Source of the DNA: Rhizaria sp. SCN 62-66
Taxonomy: Eukaryota
Assembly: GCA_001724265.1 (NCBI GenBank)
Contig: MEDY01000141.1
Coordinates: 55,312 to 75,311, forward strand
Length of the DNA: 20,000 bases
Direction of reading: 5' to 3'
The notes under the pieces are model-generated. The model saw only the letters and a program-made list of their open reading frames with translations. It made no database searches and was not told where the DNA came from. Positions 10,201 through 19,905 of this stretch are shown here, piece by piece. The translations under genes and the position numbers were made by a program. The stretch's first letter is position 1. Each line of letters opens with the position of its first letter.

Positions 10201-13200
10201 GACCGCGGCAGCAGCATTTCCATCGCCACGTGCAGTCGCGCTGGCGGAAGGCGACGCGGGCAGGGGACTGCATGTGACGCCGACAGACCTGGCTGACTGC
10301 AACTGACCGTGAGCGGCCACAGTCCCAGTCGCAGGCGCATTTGACTGCGACTGAGTGCTGGCGTCGGCAGCAGCAGCTGTAGCAGTCCCAACAGACGGGG
10401 TTTCCGTGTCCAACCGCAGGTGCACGCCGCCGCTGCCGCTGCCTGTCACACCGCTGGCTTTGGCGTGGCGGGCCACCATCGCGCCCGCAGCGCCTGGCGA
10501 TGCCAGCGTCGGCGTTGGGACGCTCGACGGCGGAACAGGCCGCTGCGGCTTAAGTTCCGTCTCCGCATCGTTGGCCGCGGCGCGGTCGTCAGCGCCGGCG
10601 GAGTGCGCGTTTGCGGTCGACGCTGCGGCGGGAATGCTGGTGAGTGAGTTGCCTCCACGCGCATTAGGCTGGCGTAACGCTTGGCGTGCGCGCGCAATCA
10701 AACCAGCCGCTGTCGACACCTCACCAGTGCCGCCCCCATCGACCGTCCCAGTGACGGAACCTGTGGGATTACTCGTGATGCGCGCACTGCCGTGGGCGAC
10801 CGCCGGGGGCAAAGGGGATGCGAGCAGACGCAGTGCACGCTCGACGATCACGCCGACGCCCCGGTCAGCTGCCCCTGAAGCCACCGTCGCAAGTGCAGTT
10901 GAAGCAGCAGCACCAGAAACAGAGCCTTCGCTGTCAGTTGTCGTATCGCTGCTATTGATGGTATTGTTACTCGCCGCCGCTGCTGCCGCTGCTGCTGCTG
11001 CTGCTGCTGCCGCGGCTGCAGCTTCGAGCATGATGCGTGTTTCGAATAGCCGTACATCACGCGCCTCGACCGCAGCATACGCAGCGCCGACATCGTCCGC
11101 ACTTGCACTGGCGCGGGACTCCCCCGCCGCCGCGGCTTGACTAAGGTGTGCGATGCGGTGGTCGGCCTCGGTGAGCCGCCGCCGCAGTGTCTGAGCCGTC
11201 TGCGCAGCGGTAGTGAGGGCCGCGGCGGACTGCTGGCGACCGCGTAAGAGTGCGGTGACCAGCGATAACACAGCCGAGAGCTTGTCTTGCTACAGTGTAG
11301 AGCTGTTGTCCGCTGAATCATTAGAGTCAGCGGCCTTGGTGAGCCACGTGAGGGTGCTAAAGTCGATGTTATTGCCGTCAGTGCTATTGGAGCTATCAGC
11401 GCTATTTGGAGCAGGTGAACTGTCGTTCACAGCCTTAACAGTGCTTTTGACGTTATCGAGCTTGAGGGAAGAGAGAAAACGGAGTACGTTACGCTCTTCC
11501 TCGTCCTTAGCAGCAGCCGCAGCAGCCGCAGCGGCATTTGCAGCGTTGCTAGCAGCGTCGTTGTTGATAGTCGCGGTCTTAGACTTGCTTGTCAGAGTCG
11601 TACTGGCGTTCGCAGAGGAATTAGCGCTGTCGCTTGTGCTATTACTGCGAGAAACGGCTTGATTTCTTAACAACGCGGCCTGACTTTTGTTCATCGACAG
11701 ACCCGACCCCGGCAGTGGTTGCAACATCGCTGGCGGCGGTACAACTTCAATCCCACCACCAGCCTCGCCACTTACATGATGTAAGTACCCGCCCGCACCG
11801 CCGTGTAAGTACCCCGCGTTGCGCTCATCACGTTGCGCACGTACTTTCGCCCGCGTCGCCGCGATTGCAGCCGCCAGCTCTTTCGTCGTCAGCGCACGGC
11901 CCCTAGGCACTGCATCGTCGCTCAGCCCACCCCCACCGGCGCCGCTTTGACTGTGGCCGTGACTCTGGCCGCCGCTGTTGTTGTGACTTAGGCTGTGGCT
12001 ACGGCTCTGTGGCAGCAACGCGGCGCCGCCCCCCGCAGTCGCCGCAGCGACTCCGCTCTGCGACAGACCCGGATAGACCGGGAACCGGCCGAAACTGGCT
12101 GAAGGGGCGAGTTTGGACCGGAGGAGCGCAGCGGCGCGCTCCTGCGCCAGTGTCGTGTGCACCGCGCCGCCGCCGCCGGCAGCCGAGTCAGCAGTGGCCG
12201 CGGCGGAGGCAGAGTCCGTGAGGGCGAGCGTGGACGATGAGGGAAGCAACAGCGACGCGGTGGATGGCGGTGCAGACAGTCCACCGGGAGTGTATGCATT
12301 GGTAGTGGTGGAGCGCGCCCCACTCAGAGAGTGACCGTGGGCAGAGCCAGAGTGACCGTGAGCAGTGCTAAAGTGACCGTGAGCGCCGGCGGCATGGTGC
12401 GCGGGCAACGGCGGCGGTAGCGGCAGTGGCGCGATGGCTGGGTTAGCCGGAACGCCGCCGCTGGCCACTACCACATTACCCCCAGTCGAACCGTGCATAC
12501 TAGCCGCAGCTGCGTTGGCGGCGGTGTAATGAGCGTTTGTGGTGGAATTAGCGAGGTTTGCGGCAGGCGGAGGAACGATGAGAGCGTTTGTGGTTGGAAT
12601 CGCGACGAGCGCTGCCGCACTGACACCGGACGCAAGTTCTGTCTTGTTCGAGCCGCATGAAGGCACTTTAGACTGTTGTGAGCCGAAGTCGCGTTCGTAC
12701 GCCGTGGCGTCAATGACGATATCAGCTGGGCGCGTGCGTGACCGCAACAGCGACACACGCTGTTGCTGCCGCTCCTGAAGCTGCGCCTGCGCCGGCGCCT
12801 GCGTGGCACCGTTCGCAGCCGCAACCGACTGTGAACCAGTGTTCGTACCGCTCGCTGAGTCGGCCGGTGTAAGCAGCAGTGACGAGCTCGACGTGTGCAT
12901 ACGCCACTGTGAGCTACTTACGTTTCCACCACCAGAGGTACTTAGAGCAGCCGCCGGACCATGCACTGCCAAGTTCGCAGTTGAACCAGAGCTACTATTT
13001 GCGTTGTTGCCGCTGTTGTTTGCGCTGTGATTGTTCTTGTTGGCGGCAACGCTGGCTGCGGCAGTGATGCTGCCGACTGATCCAAACGCGATATGATGCT
13101 GCTGCGGCTTAACTATCGCGTGTGGCTTATCTTTCCCACCGCTCTTGACCCCCATAGTCCCAGCAGCAGCTTGTGTCGAAGAAGCAGTCGTTGGGGCAGG

Positions 13201-13638
13201 GAGGTCAGTTGGCTGCGGCTATGACTACCACTGATGTTGAGTATACTCAGTGCCATACCCACGCTCCCAATCATCGCGCTCACGGTCACTTTGCAGTCTC
13301 ACCTGCTGTTGTTGCGGTTGGCCGTGCCCGTGATGATTGCGACTGAGACCGAGAGGTTGCTGCTGCTGTTGCAGCTGGCTGAGTGCGGGAGCGAGCTCGG
13401 GTGCCAGCTCATGCTGCAGCCCTTGCTCCTGCAGCTCCAAGTCACGCACGTGATCGGCGTAGTTCCCCGACACAGAGACTTCCGCTGCCACCGCTGCTGC
13501 TGTTGCTGCCGCTGCTGCTGTAGTTGTAGAGTCATCGGAGTAGAAGCCACCATTGTCTCCACCGCTGCCGCCGCCGCCGCCGCTGCCGCCGCCGCTAAGG
13601 AGGGCGAGGCCAGCGGGGGCGAGGCCGGCGCTGGACAT
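5889..13638 (-). CDS. Large (~2,580 aa) low-complexity/coiled-coil protein of unknown function; one gene made of ORF-track pieces 13225..13710, 11290..13155, 9280..11271 and 5889..9626; contains in-frame TAG at 13227-13225, 13221-13219 and 11292-11290 and a scaffold N at 9291
   Basis: The first three pieces share one frame and are separated only by TAG, with no TAA or TGA. Removing the N at 9291 joins the fourth piece in frame (AAASAAA|AVAEAREE). Composition stays coding-like across each junction, with no AT-rich spacer. Several heptad-rich segments occur (e.g. LRERVSELERERAV, LRQQVASLSAHVAEL). The gene ends in TAA followed by an AT-rich spacer. The start is uncertain: ATG 13638, or ATG 13821 via a short intron. 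Confidence 0.7.
7179..7250 (-). repeat. (AAC)n microsatellite encoding a 24-residue poly-Asn tract in the long minus-strand CDS
   Basis: (GTT)n on the + strand with one ATT interruption. Confidence 0.95.
9291..9291. other. Single N (assembly join) that creates an artificial frameshift
   Basis: The upstream-frame codon ends at 9292 and the downstream-frame codon starts at 9290, so deleting the N restores the frame. Confidence 0.8.
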
Positions 13639-13714
13639 AGTGCGCTGCCGCGGGTACTTGCAGTGAGCTGCGTCAGTACTCGCAGACAAGTGGACGTGTC
13701 CAAAAGACACTAAG

Positions 13715-13778
13715 CTGCGTTAGAGATAGGGTGAAGTAGAACAGTTAGAAGTTTGTAAATGAAACAAAACACACTTGC
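13715..13778 (-). other. Putative short spliceosomal intron (or trans-splice acceptor) at the 5' end of the long gene
   Basis: Minus strand reads AA|GCAAGTGTGTTTTGTTTCATTTACAAACTTCTAACTGTTCTACTTCACCCTATCTCTAACGCAG|C. It is T/C-rich, has two CTAAC branch-point motifs and a CAG acceptor. The donor is either GCAAGT (13778) or GTGTGT (13774). Confidence 0.5.
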
Positions 13779-13830
13779 TTGTTGTCGTCTAAGTCGCTCG
13801 AAAAGTCGTCACCATCGCCATCGTTGCAAA

Positions 13831-13848
13831 AAGAAGAAGAAGAAGAAG
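13831..13848 (+). repeat. (AAG)6 microsatellite, read as a (CTT)n pyrimidine tract upstream of the long minus-strand gene
   Basis: Directly visible in the sequence. Confidence 0.85.
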
Positions 13849-14032
13849 AAAAGGACTGGACGAAGAGAGCTTGCACTGGTCGAATTGACGAATTGACGAG
13901 CTGAAGCTGCACTAATCCACTAATCCGAATACAATAACAGACAGCTAATCGCTTTGCTGTTACTTCCCGTGCACGGAGAAAGCGACTCTACACTAGCATC
14001 TGTGATTACTATTGCATTGCAGAGTGACAGAG

Positions 14033-17000
14033 TTACAGAGTGACACGGCAGCCCATAATAGGACTCAACAGAAGCGGGCTCTCATCATCTTGCGCAACGC
14101 CCAGCTGCGGGGAAGTCAAGCCGCCTTCGCCGGAAGTTAGGCCGCCAGAGGGATCGTAGCGCTTCCTCGGTGGCGTCATCAGCCCACAGTCGCCTGACTC
14201 ACGGCCGTTTGTTTCAGTCGCGTTGGTGTTATTGCTGTGATCGCAACTGGTCGCAGCAGACTGGAGATAGTGTGCGAAAACAGCTGTTTTGACAGCGTCC
14301 CCAGTCAACGAGCTCCGGCGCGACTGCGACCGCGAACCTGACCGTGACTGTGACCGTGAGCCCGCACGCGACTGGGAGCGCGACGACTGTGAGCGAGCGA
14401 GTGATTCACGCACCGCAGTCTCGACCGCATCACCACTGCTGCTCACAGTCGCTTCTTGCTGCTGCTGTTGACCGGCAACGGGCGTGCTCACGATCACTGC
14501 GGTGCCCACAGCCACTTGCTGCTGTTGTTGTTGTTGAGCAATAGCGGCACTGGTCGCTTTGACTGGAGTCGCAGCAGCGGAGCCAGATGCAGAGAGACTC
14601 CCCTGCCGCGAAAAGCTCCTATTGCCCACCGGCGTCCCGCCATTCCCGTTCACAGCCCCATTTCCAGCCAAAGAACCCATCGCCGCAGCGGTGCTGTTTT
14701 GCCGCGAGAGCACCTTGCCAACCGGAGTCCCGCCCAGCGCGGTCAGTGACAGCGAGAGAGACTGCGACTGTGAGTCCGCAAAAGACTGCGAGTCCGCAAA
14801 CGACTGCGCCTGAGACTGAGACTGAGACTGCGAGAGCGCCAGTGACCGTGATTCCTCGCGGACCGCCGCGCTGAGACTGAGACCGCGGCCGCGGCCCCGG
14901 CCATGGCCCTGCGTCTGTGCCGCTAGCGCCAGCTCGAGCTCCACCTCACCCGCACTCGCGTCAGCAGCAACAGCAGCAGCAGCCGTCGAGTCAAACACAC
15001 CAGTGCTGCAGTTCGAGAGTTTCGGTGAGGGCGAGGGGGCGGCTTGACTTTTGTTCAGCAGGGCGCGCACGTCAACGACGGTGCCAGAAGGGGGCACTTC
15101 ACCGCACGACGCGAGAGCAGCCTTCGACGGGGTACTCGGGAGACCATAGTACGCAGGCGGGGTACTGTTCCCAGTGGTCGGACTGTCACGACGGGGGCCG
15201 CGGGCCGGGCTCGGTGCGCCAGATGACTGTGGGCGCGATGGATGAAAGTTAGGCCGCATCTGCTGCATTGAGGCAGCAGAGTTCGAGCGTGACCGTGACC
15301 GCAGCAGAGCTGCTGAAGCGAGGCCTGACGCAGTGTCTTCAGGGAAAAGCTCACCCACAGTAATTTCAGTCACATTCTCATTTGTTTCACAATCACTGCG
15401 AACATTGTTATTGTTTTTGTCAATAACATCAGCAGTTGAGCCTGAACAGGGTGCAGTTGCGACGTTATTTCTGGGATTGTTGTTGTGGTGTGAATATAAG
15501 TGCCCTGCGCCGCCGGGTAAGGGTCCCAAGACGTCGTCCATCGATGATGTAGGGGACAGCACAGGCGGCACTGCGGTGCCGTCTAAGGAGGTACTTACAT
15601 TGGGGGTGGCACCTAAGTCAACCGTAATGCCATGCACACCAGACTTCGCTGCTCTTTGCTCCTGCACACAGTCACCCTGCTCCTGCTGCTGCTGTTGCTG
15701 CTTCTGCTTCTGTGGCTGGAGCGCACCGGCATCAGCGGCCTCGTCGTTGCTGTCCGCGTGGCTGTCGGCGGCAGCCAAGCGCAGAGCGCGGGCGACTGCC
15801 GCCGCGGTGACGCTGGCCCTGCGTTCGTTGTCGATGCTACTTCGGCGCGCATTGCGGCTAGACACCACTGGCAACGCGGCCGTCGCTGTTGCTATTGCTG
15901 CGGTAGCTGCTGCCGTTGATGCTGTTGGAGTGGTGGTTGTGCTGATAGACCGGCGACGGCCACCCGCAGGCACCACGCTTACACTGTCGCCACCGTTGTT
16001 TGGACTGCTGTCGCCATTGTTTGAACTGACAAGGTTGCGATCGAGCTCAAACCCTCCGGCGGCAAGGATAGCACTGGCCGCTGACTCGGCAGCGACGGCT
16101 TCCGCCTCCGCCGCCTCTGCCGCTGCGAGAAACAGCCCGATATCCATCACACCCACCTCCGGCAGCATGCTACTGCCGCCAGCGGCAAGGCCAGAGCGGC
16201 CGCCCACACCCGCGCCAGCGCCAGCGCCAGTAGCTGCGCTGGGGAGGCCATAGGCAGATGTGGCGTGGTGGGAAGCGACGGAGATTTGACTGCCGGCGCG
16301 GGAGCGAGAGTAGTGCGCAGTGCTCACACCGCTGTGATGCGTATTGTTCGCACTGTAAGGCAGCGACTGTGCACTATTCGTGCCGTTGTTGTGTTGCAGT
16401 AGTGCGCTGACGTGCATGTTACTGGAGTGAGAAAACGCAGCCGTGCCAGCGCCAGCGCCAGCGCCGGTGACGAAATGCTCGCTGAGACTCATATCTAGAA
16501 TGTCATCGTGCATCATCATCATCATCGCGTCAGGAGTGCCGTACTCGTGGCCGACGCGCTCACGGTCACTTGCTGAGTCAGCAGAGGCGGCGGACAAGAG
16601 ATACGCTGCCGCCACAGGACTCAGCATCGACTCACAGGCAGCAGAAACAGACGCTGCATTAGCAGCACGTGAGCTCGCGAGTGCATCTGAGCCATGAGTA
16701 ACGGCGTCAGAGCCAGTCGCGCCAGAGCCGGTGGCGCCAGTTACATGAGTATTGATGGCGCCGGCGCCAGCCACAAGCTGCAGTCCTAAGCCAGAGCCTG
16801 TACTGACCGCGGTGGTTGATGTCGAGCGAGTTGATGACGAGCTGGCGACTGTCGCCGTAACCGAGAGCCGCTGCTGATGCTGCCCCTTAGCAGCAGAGAC
16901 GACGGCGGCGACGGCGGCCATCGTCTCCGGCGACAGCACGATCCCGCCATCATCATCACCATCTACACCATCATCATTCGCCGCCGCCGCAGCGTTGGCA

Positions 17001-17626
17001 ACAGCGTCAGCACCACTCGTGGCCGCGACTGGCGAGTCGCCCAACGAAGCCACCGCCGCAGTCGCGGTGTCGCCGAGAGCGCCCATCACTGGACCGCCGG
17101 GCCCCTTGGACCTTGTAGCGCGCATCGCCGCCTCAGAGCCACCAGGCACTGGGACGGAGCCTTTGAACCGCGCTGCCCGCCGCGCGTCACGCCGCGCAAC
17201 CGCCGCAGCCTCCGCGGCCTGCAGCAGGCGCGCGCGCTGCGTGGCAAGCGCAGATGCGCGGTCACGGCGTGCGGCGACTGAGTGCGCGAGCTGAATGCGG
17301 TCAGCGGTTTCGGTCATGGCGATCGGTGAGAGTGCGGCAGAGTCTTCAGAAGAGAAAAACGAACGCAACTCGGTGTCGATGTTCGACGGCGCGGCGGCGG
17401 CGCGGTAGGGGGATGAAGCGTTGAAGAGGTCGGCGAAAGAAAGCGAGCCGTAATCACCGCCCTTTGCTGTGTTTCTACCGAAGCGAGGGCTGATGAGGCT
17501 GAGCCATGCGAGGAGGGCGAGAAAGGGCGGGGTGACGACTGCTTTGAGGCCGAAAAAGCGGGCGCCAGCCCAGTCCACGAGAAGCACAATCGCAAATGCA
17601 ATAATGCAGGCGACGGGGAGATTCAT
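14033..17626 (-). CDS. Hypothetical ~1,200 aa protein with two N-terminal hydrophobic (TM/anchor-like) segments followed by a long Ser/Ala/Gln-rich disordered region
   Basis: Uninterrupted ORF with first ATG at 17626 (MNLPVACIIAFAIVLLVDW...PPFLALLAWLSLI) and TAA stop at 14035-14033. Codon style matches the neighbouring genes. No domain recognised. Confidence 0.75.
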   Translation of the reverse strand: MNLPVACIIAFAIVLLVDWAGARFFGLKAVVTPPFLALLAWLSLISPRFGRNTAKGGDYGSLSFADLFNASSPYRAAAAPSNIDTELRSFFSSEDSAALSPIAMTETADRIQLAHSVAARRDRASALATQRARLLQAAEAAAVARRDARRAARFKGSVPVPGGSEAAMRATRSKGPGGPVMGALGDTATAAVASLGDSPVAATSGADAVANAAAAANDDGVDGDDDGGIVLSPETMAAVAAVVSAAKGQHQQRLSVTATVASSSSTRSTSTTAVSTGSGLGLQLVAGAGAINTHVTGATGSGATGSDAVTHGSDALASSRAANAASVSAACESMLSPVAAAYLLSAASADSASDRERVGHEYGTPDAMMMMMHDDILDMSLSEHFVTGAGAGAGTAAFSHSSNMHVSALLQHNNGTNSAQSLPYSANNTHHSGVSTAHYSRSRAGSQISVASHHATSAYGLPSAATGAGAGAGVGGRSGLAAGGSSMLPEVGVMDIGLFLAAAEAAEAEAVAAESAASAILAAGGFELDRNLVSSNNGDSSPNNGGDSVSVVPAGGRRRSISTTTTPTASTAAATAAIATATAALPVVSSRNARRSSIDNERRASVTAAAVARALRLAAADSHADSNDEAADAGALQPQKQKQQQQQQEQGDCVQEQRAAKSGVHGITVDLGATPNVSTSLDGTAVPPVLSPTSSMDDVLGPLPGGAGHLYSHHNNNPRNNVATAPCSGSTADVIDKNNNNVRSDCETNENVTEITVGELFPEDTASGLASAALLRSRSRSNSAASMQQMRPNFHPSRPQSSGAPSPARGPRRDSPTTGNSTPPAYYGLPSTPSKAALASCGEVPPSGTVVDVRALLNKSQAAPSPSPKLSNCSTGVFDSTAAAAVAADASAGEVELELALAAQTQGHGRGRGRGLSLSAAVREESRSLALSQSQSQSQAQSFADSQSFADSQSQSLSLSLTALGGTPVGKVLSRQNSTAAAMGSLAGNGAVNGNGGTPVGNRSFSRQGSLSASGSAAATPVKATSAAIAQQQQQQQVAVGTAVIVSTPVAGQQQQQEATVSSSGDAVETAVRESLARSQSSRSQSRAGSRSQSRSGSRSQSRRSSLTGDAVKTAVFAHYLQSAATSCDHSNNTNATETNGRESGDCGLMTPPRKRYDPSGGLTSGEGGLTSPQLGVAQDDESPLLLSPIMGCRVTL

Positions 17627-19905
17627 AAGGAGTGAAGCGCGCGCGGGCGCGGGAGAGCGTGCGGGAAAGTGAGGGGTAGAGGCTGCAAGGCGACCGGTGG
17701 GAAATACAAAATAGGTGAGCAAGGAATAAGACTACTCAAATGATAATGAAATATATAATAAAACAACTACGAGTAAAATTGAATGTTATCGTTATTCATA
17801 AGGATGACGAGCGTATATTCCATGCTATGCTGTGATAAATCGGCGATTGACCTACCCGTTGACAGAATCGTGGGCCGACCGAGACCGACAACAAGCCGAG
17901 AGAAACTGACTTGTGGCATGGCGCGCGTTTGAGCCTGGCTGACCAGGTATATGTGCCTGGCAGTCCGTGTTGCTTGGCCAAGGCATATTACACGTAGTCA
18001 TACAGCTTATACCGACTGGCTGAGATGGTTGTGCATTTGTGGCAAGTGTGGGTATGACTTGAAGAGAGTGGGTTGGGAAGCAGATGTCGCGCTGAGTTGC
18101 GGACAGAGACACCCACAGGAGAGAGCAACAGGGATCCCTCGGACTGATACTGTGTGTGTAGGCTGACTAAACAGCATATAATGATATGCCCCAACGACGA
18201 GCGAGTGGCTTGAAACAGAAACCTCTTGCGAGGACCAAAGGAGAGACGAGACAAGGACTGACGAGAGACAAGCGACAGAAACGACTGACGACAAAACTCG
18301 CTAGAACGAACGATGGCGACTTTCCCAGAGCGTATAATTACAAAAATATATAATTCATAACCATTAAACATTGTACCTTCATTCACATTATGATAGACGG
18401 ATGAACTGGCTCAGTCTACATTGGAATGATACTGCCGAGGCGGAGGTGCGACAGAGTACGAAGTTGCGACTCTGGAAAGCTATTACTTCAGTGCATGTTC
18501 GTGCTTACAATGAAGGCATATCACCACGTGACTTGCATAGTGGTATTTCGGGCGCATACTGTGGCCAGATCGAACATAAATGCTATCACTAGCCATTGGC
18601 GCATATCGCTACATGGGCTTTCAAATATGAATCTTGTCTTGCAGTGTGGCAATGGTGTGCGCAAGACAGAGGGTGCAGAGCGCTCCAGGGCTCGAGTCAA
18701 GAGACATAACCAATGCTAAGGCTTACAATGACAAGGGGTATCGCTTTTAAAATGGCGCTAGTATGTATATATGATGGCTGTGGTGCTCTATGGCCACATA
18801 TGAAGGTTCATTACACGACGGGCTCTATGTGAAGATACCCTACCTTCTACAACATAGATAAGCTTGATATCGGCTATCCACACATTCTTTATTCGACTAT
18901 ACCCAATCACTGCCCCGAATTACCCTAAAATGTTGCGTTTCTGCGAATTTTAGCAAGCTGTAGTGCATGCAGCGGTGCTTCTGAACGAAGTTGCGACAAC
19001 TGAGCTCGGTGGATATCAGGGACTGGCATCACGTCTAATCCTTCTTGGTCGACTCTGTCAAGGCTTTGACCGTAACCATAACGCACACACAACATGCAAC
19101 CGTATACTTAATGGTCCCACGGAGCAAGCACTGCTAACTTAGCGCTTGAAACCGCGTGTTATGTGGCTATTACATCACAGCGACCATGATTATTTTAAAT
19201 ATTATCATGCAGCGCTAAACTGGCATTACAGATCCAAGTTAGATGGCCACGTTGCAGATACCAGAGTATGGCATATTTAATACACCCGTGCCCACAGTGG
19301 TAGTCATTCTTATCTCACCGTCGTCCGTCGTTCGGCATGAAGATGCTTCAGATTTTGCGCGCGGACAAGAGAGACGTCGAGGCCTCGAATCCAAAATGCA
19401 TTGATCTCCTTCGGTATAGACTACTACGCAGTTTACCTAATGCTTAACGTATATCATACACAACATTGTTACATAACCACGCCGTTTCATTTCGTAGAAC
19501 CATCGCATTGCGACTAGGTCGGCATAAAGAGCCACATCTCAGCCACAACATCGACCAGTCGAGTTGGGAAACCAATTAGAAGAGCTCCACAGGTATTCAC
19601 GGAGCTACATCAAAAAAAGATGCATAACCATATTTAAAATGTAACGACCGATATCATATTGTAATTGAGCCCAGATTAGCGAATGTTTGACTGATAAATC
19701 CGTTCATAAGCCACCAGCTTGTAAAAGACGAGCATAAGCACCGACTAGAAGGATTACTCAAACGGGCGTAAAATAGAAAAAGCTGGCGGTTGTGGGACGA
19801 GCTGGAGAAGGGAGGGACTTCATATGTCTGGGGGAGACCCTTGGAAAATTTCTCATTTCACACTTTCGAAAACCCAAAGTCTCGTACTTTGTATCTTTCT
19901 TAAAG

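Noticed and set aside
5889-13638. Long gene as a pseudogene
   Set aside because: Not favoured: decay should also give TGA/TAA and real frameshifts, but only TAG and one N are seen. Not fully excluded.
102-17700. Numerous long antisense and alternate-frame ORFs overlapping the main genes
   Set aside because: Expected shadow ORFs of GC-rich, GCN/AGC-repeat coding DNA; the translations are frame-shifted homopolymers with no motifs.
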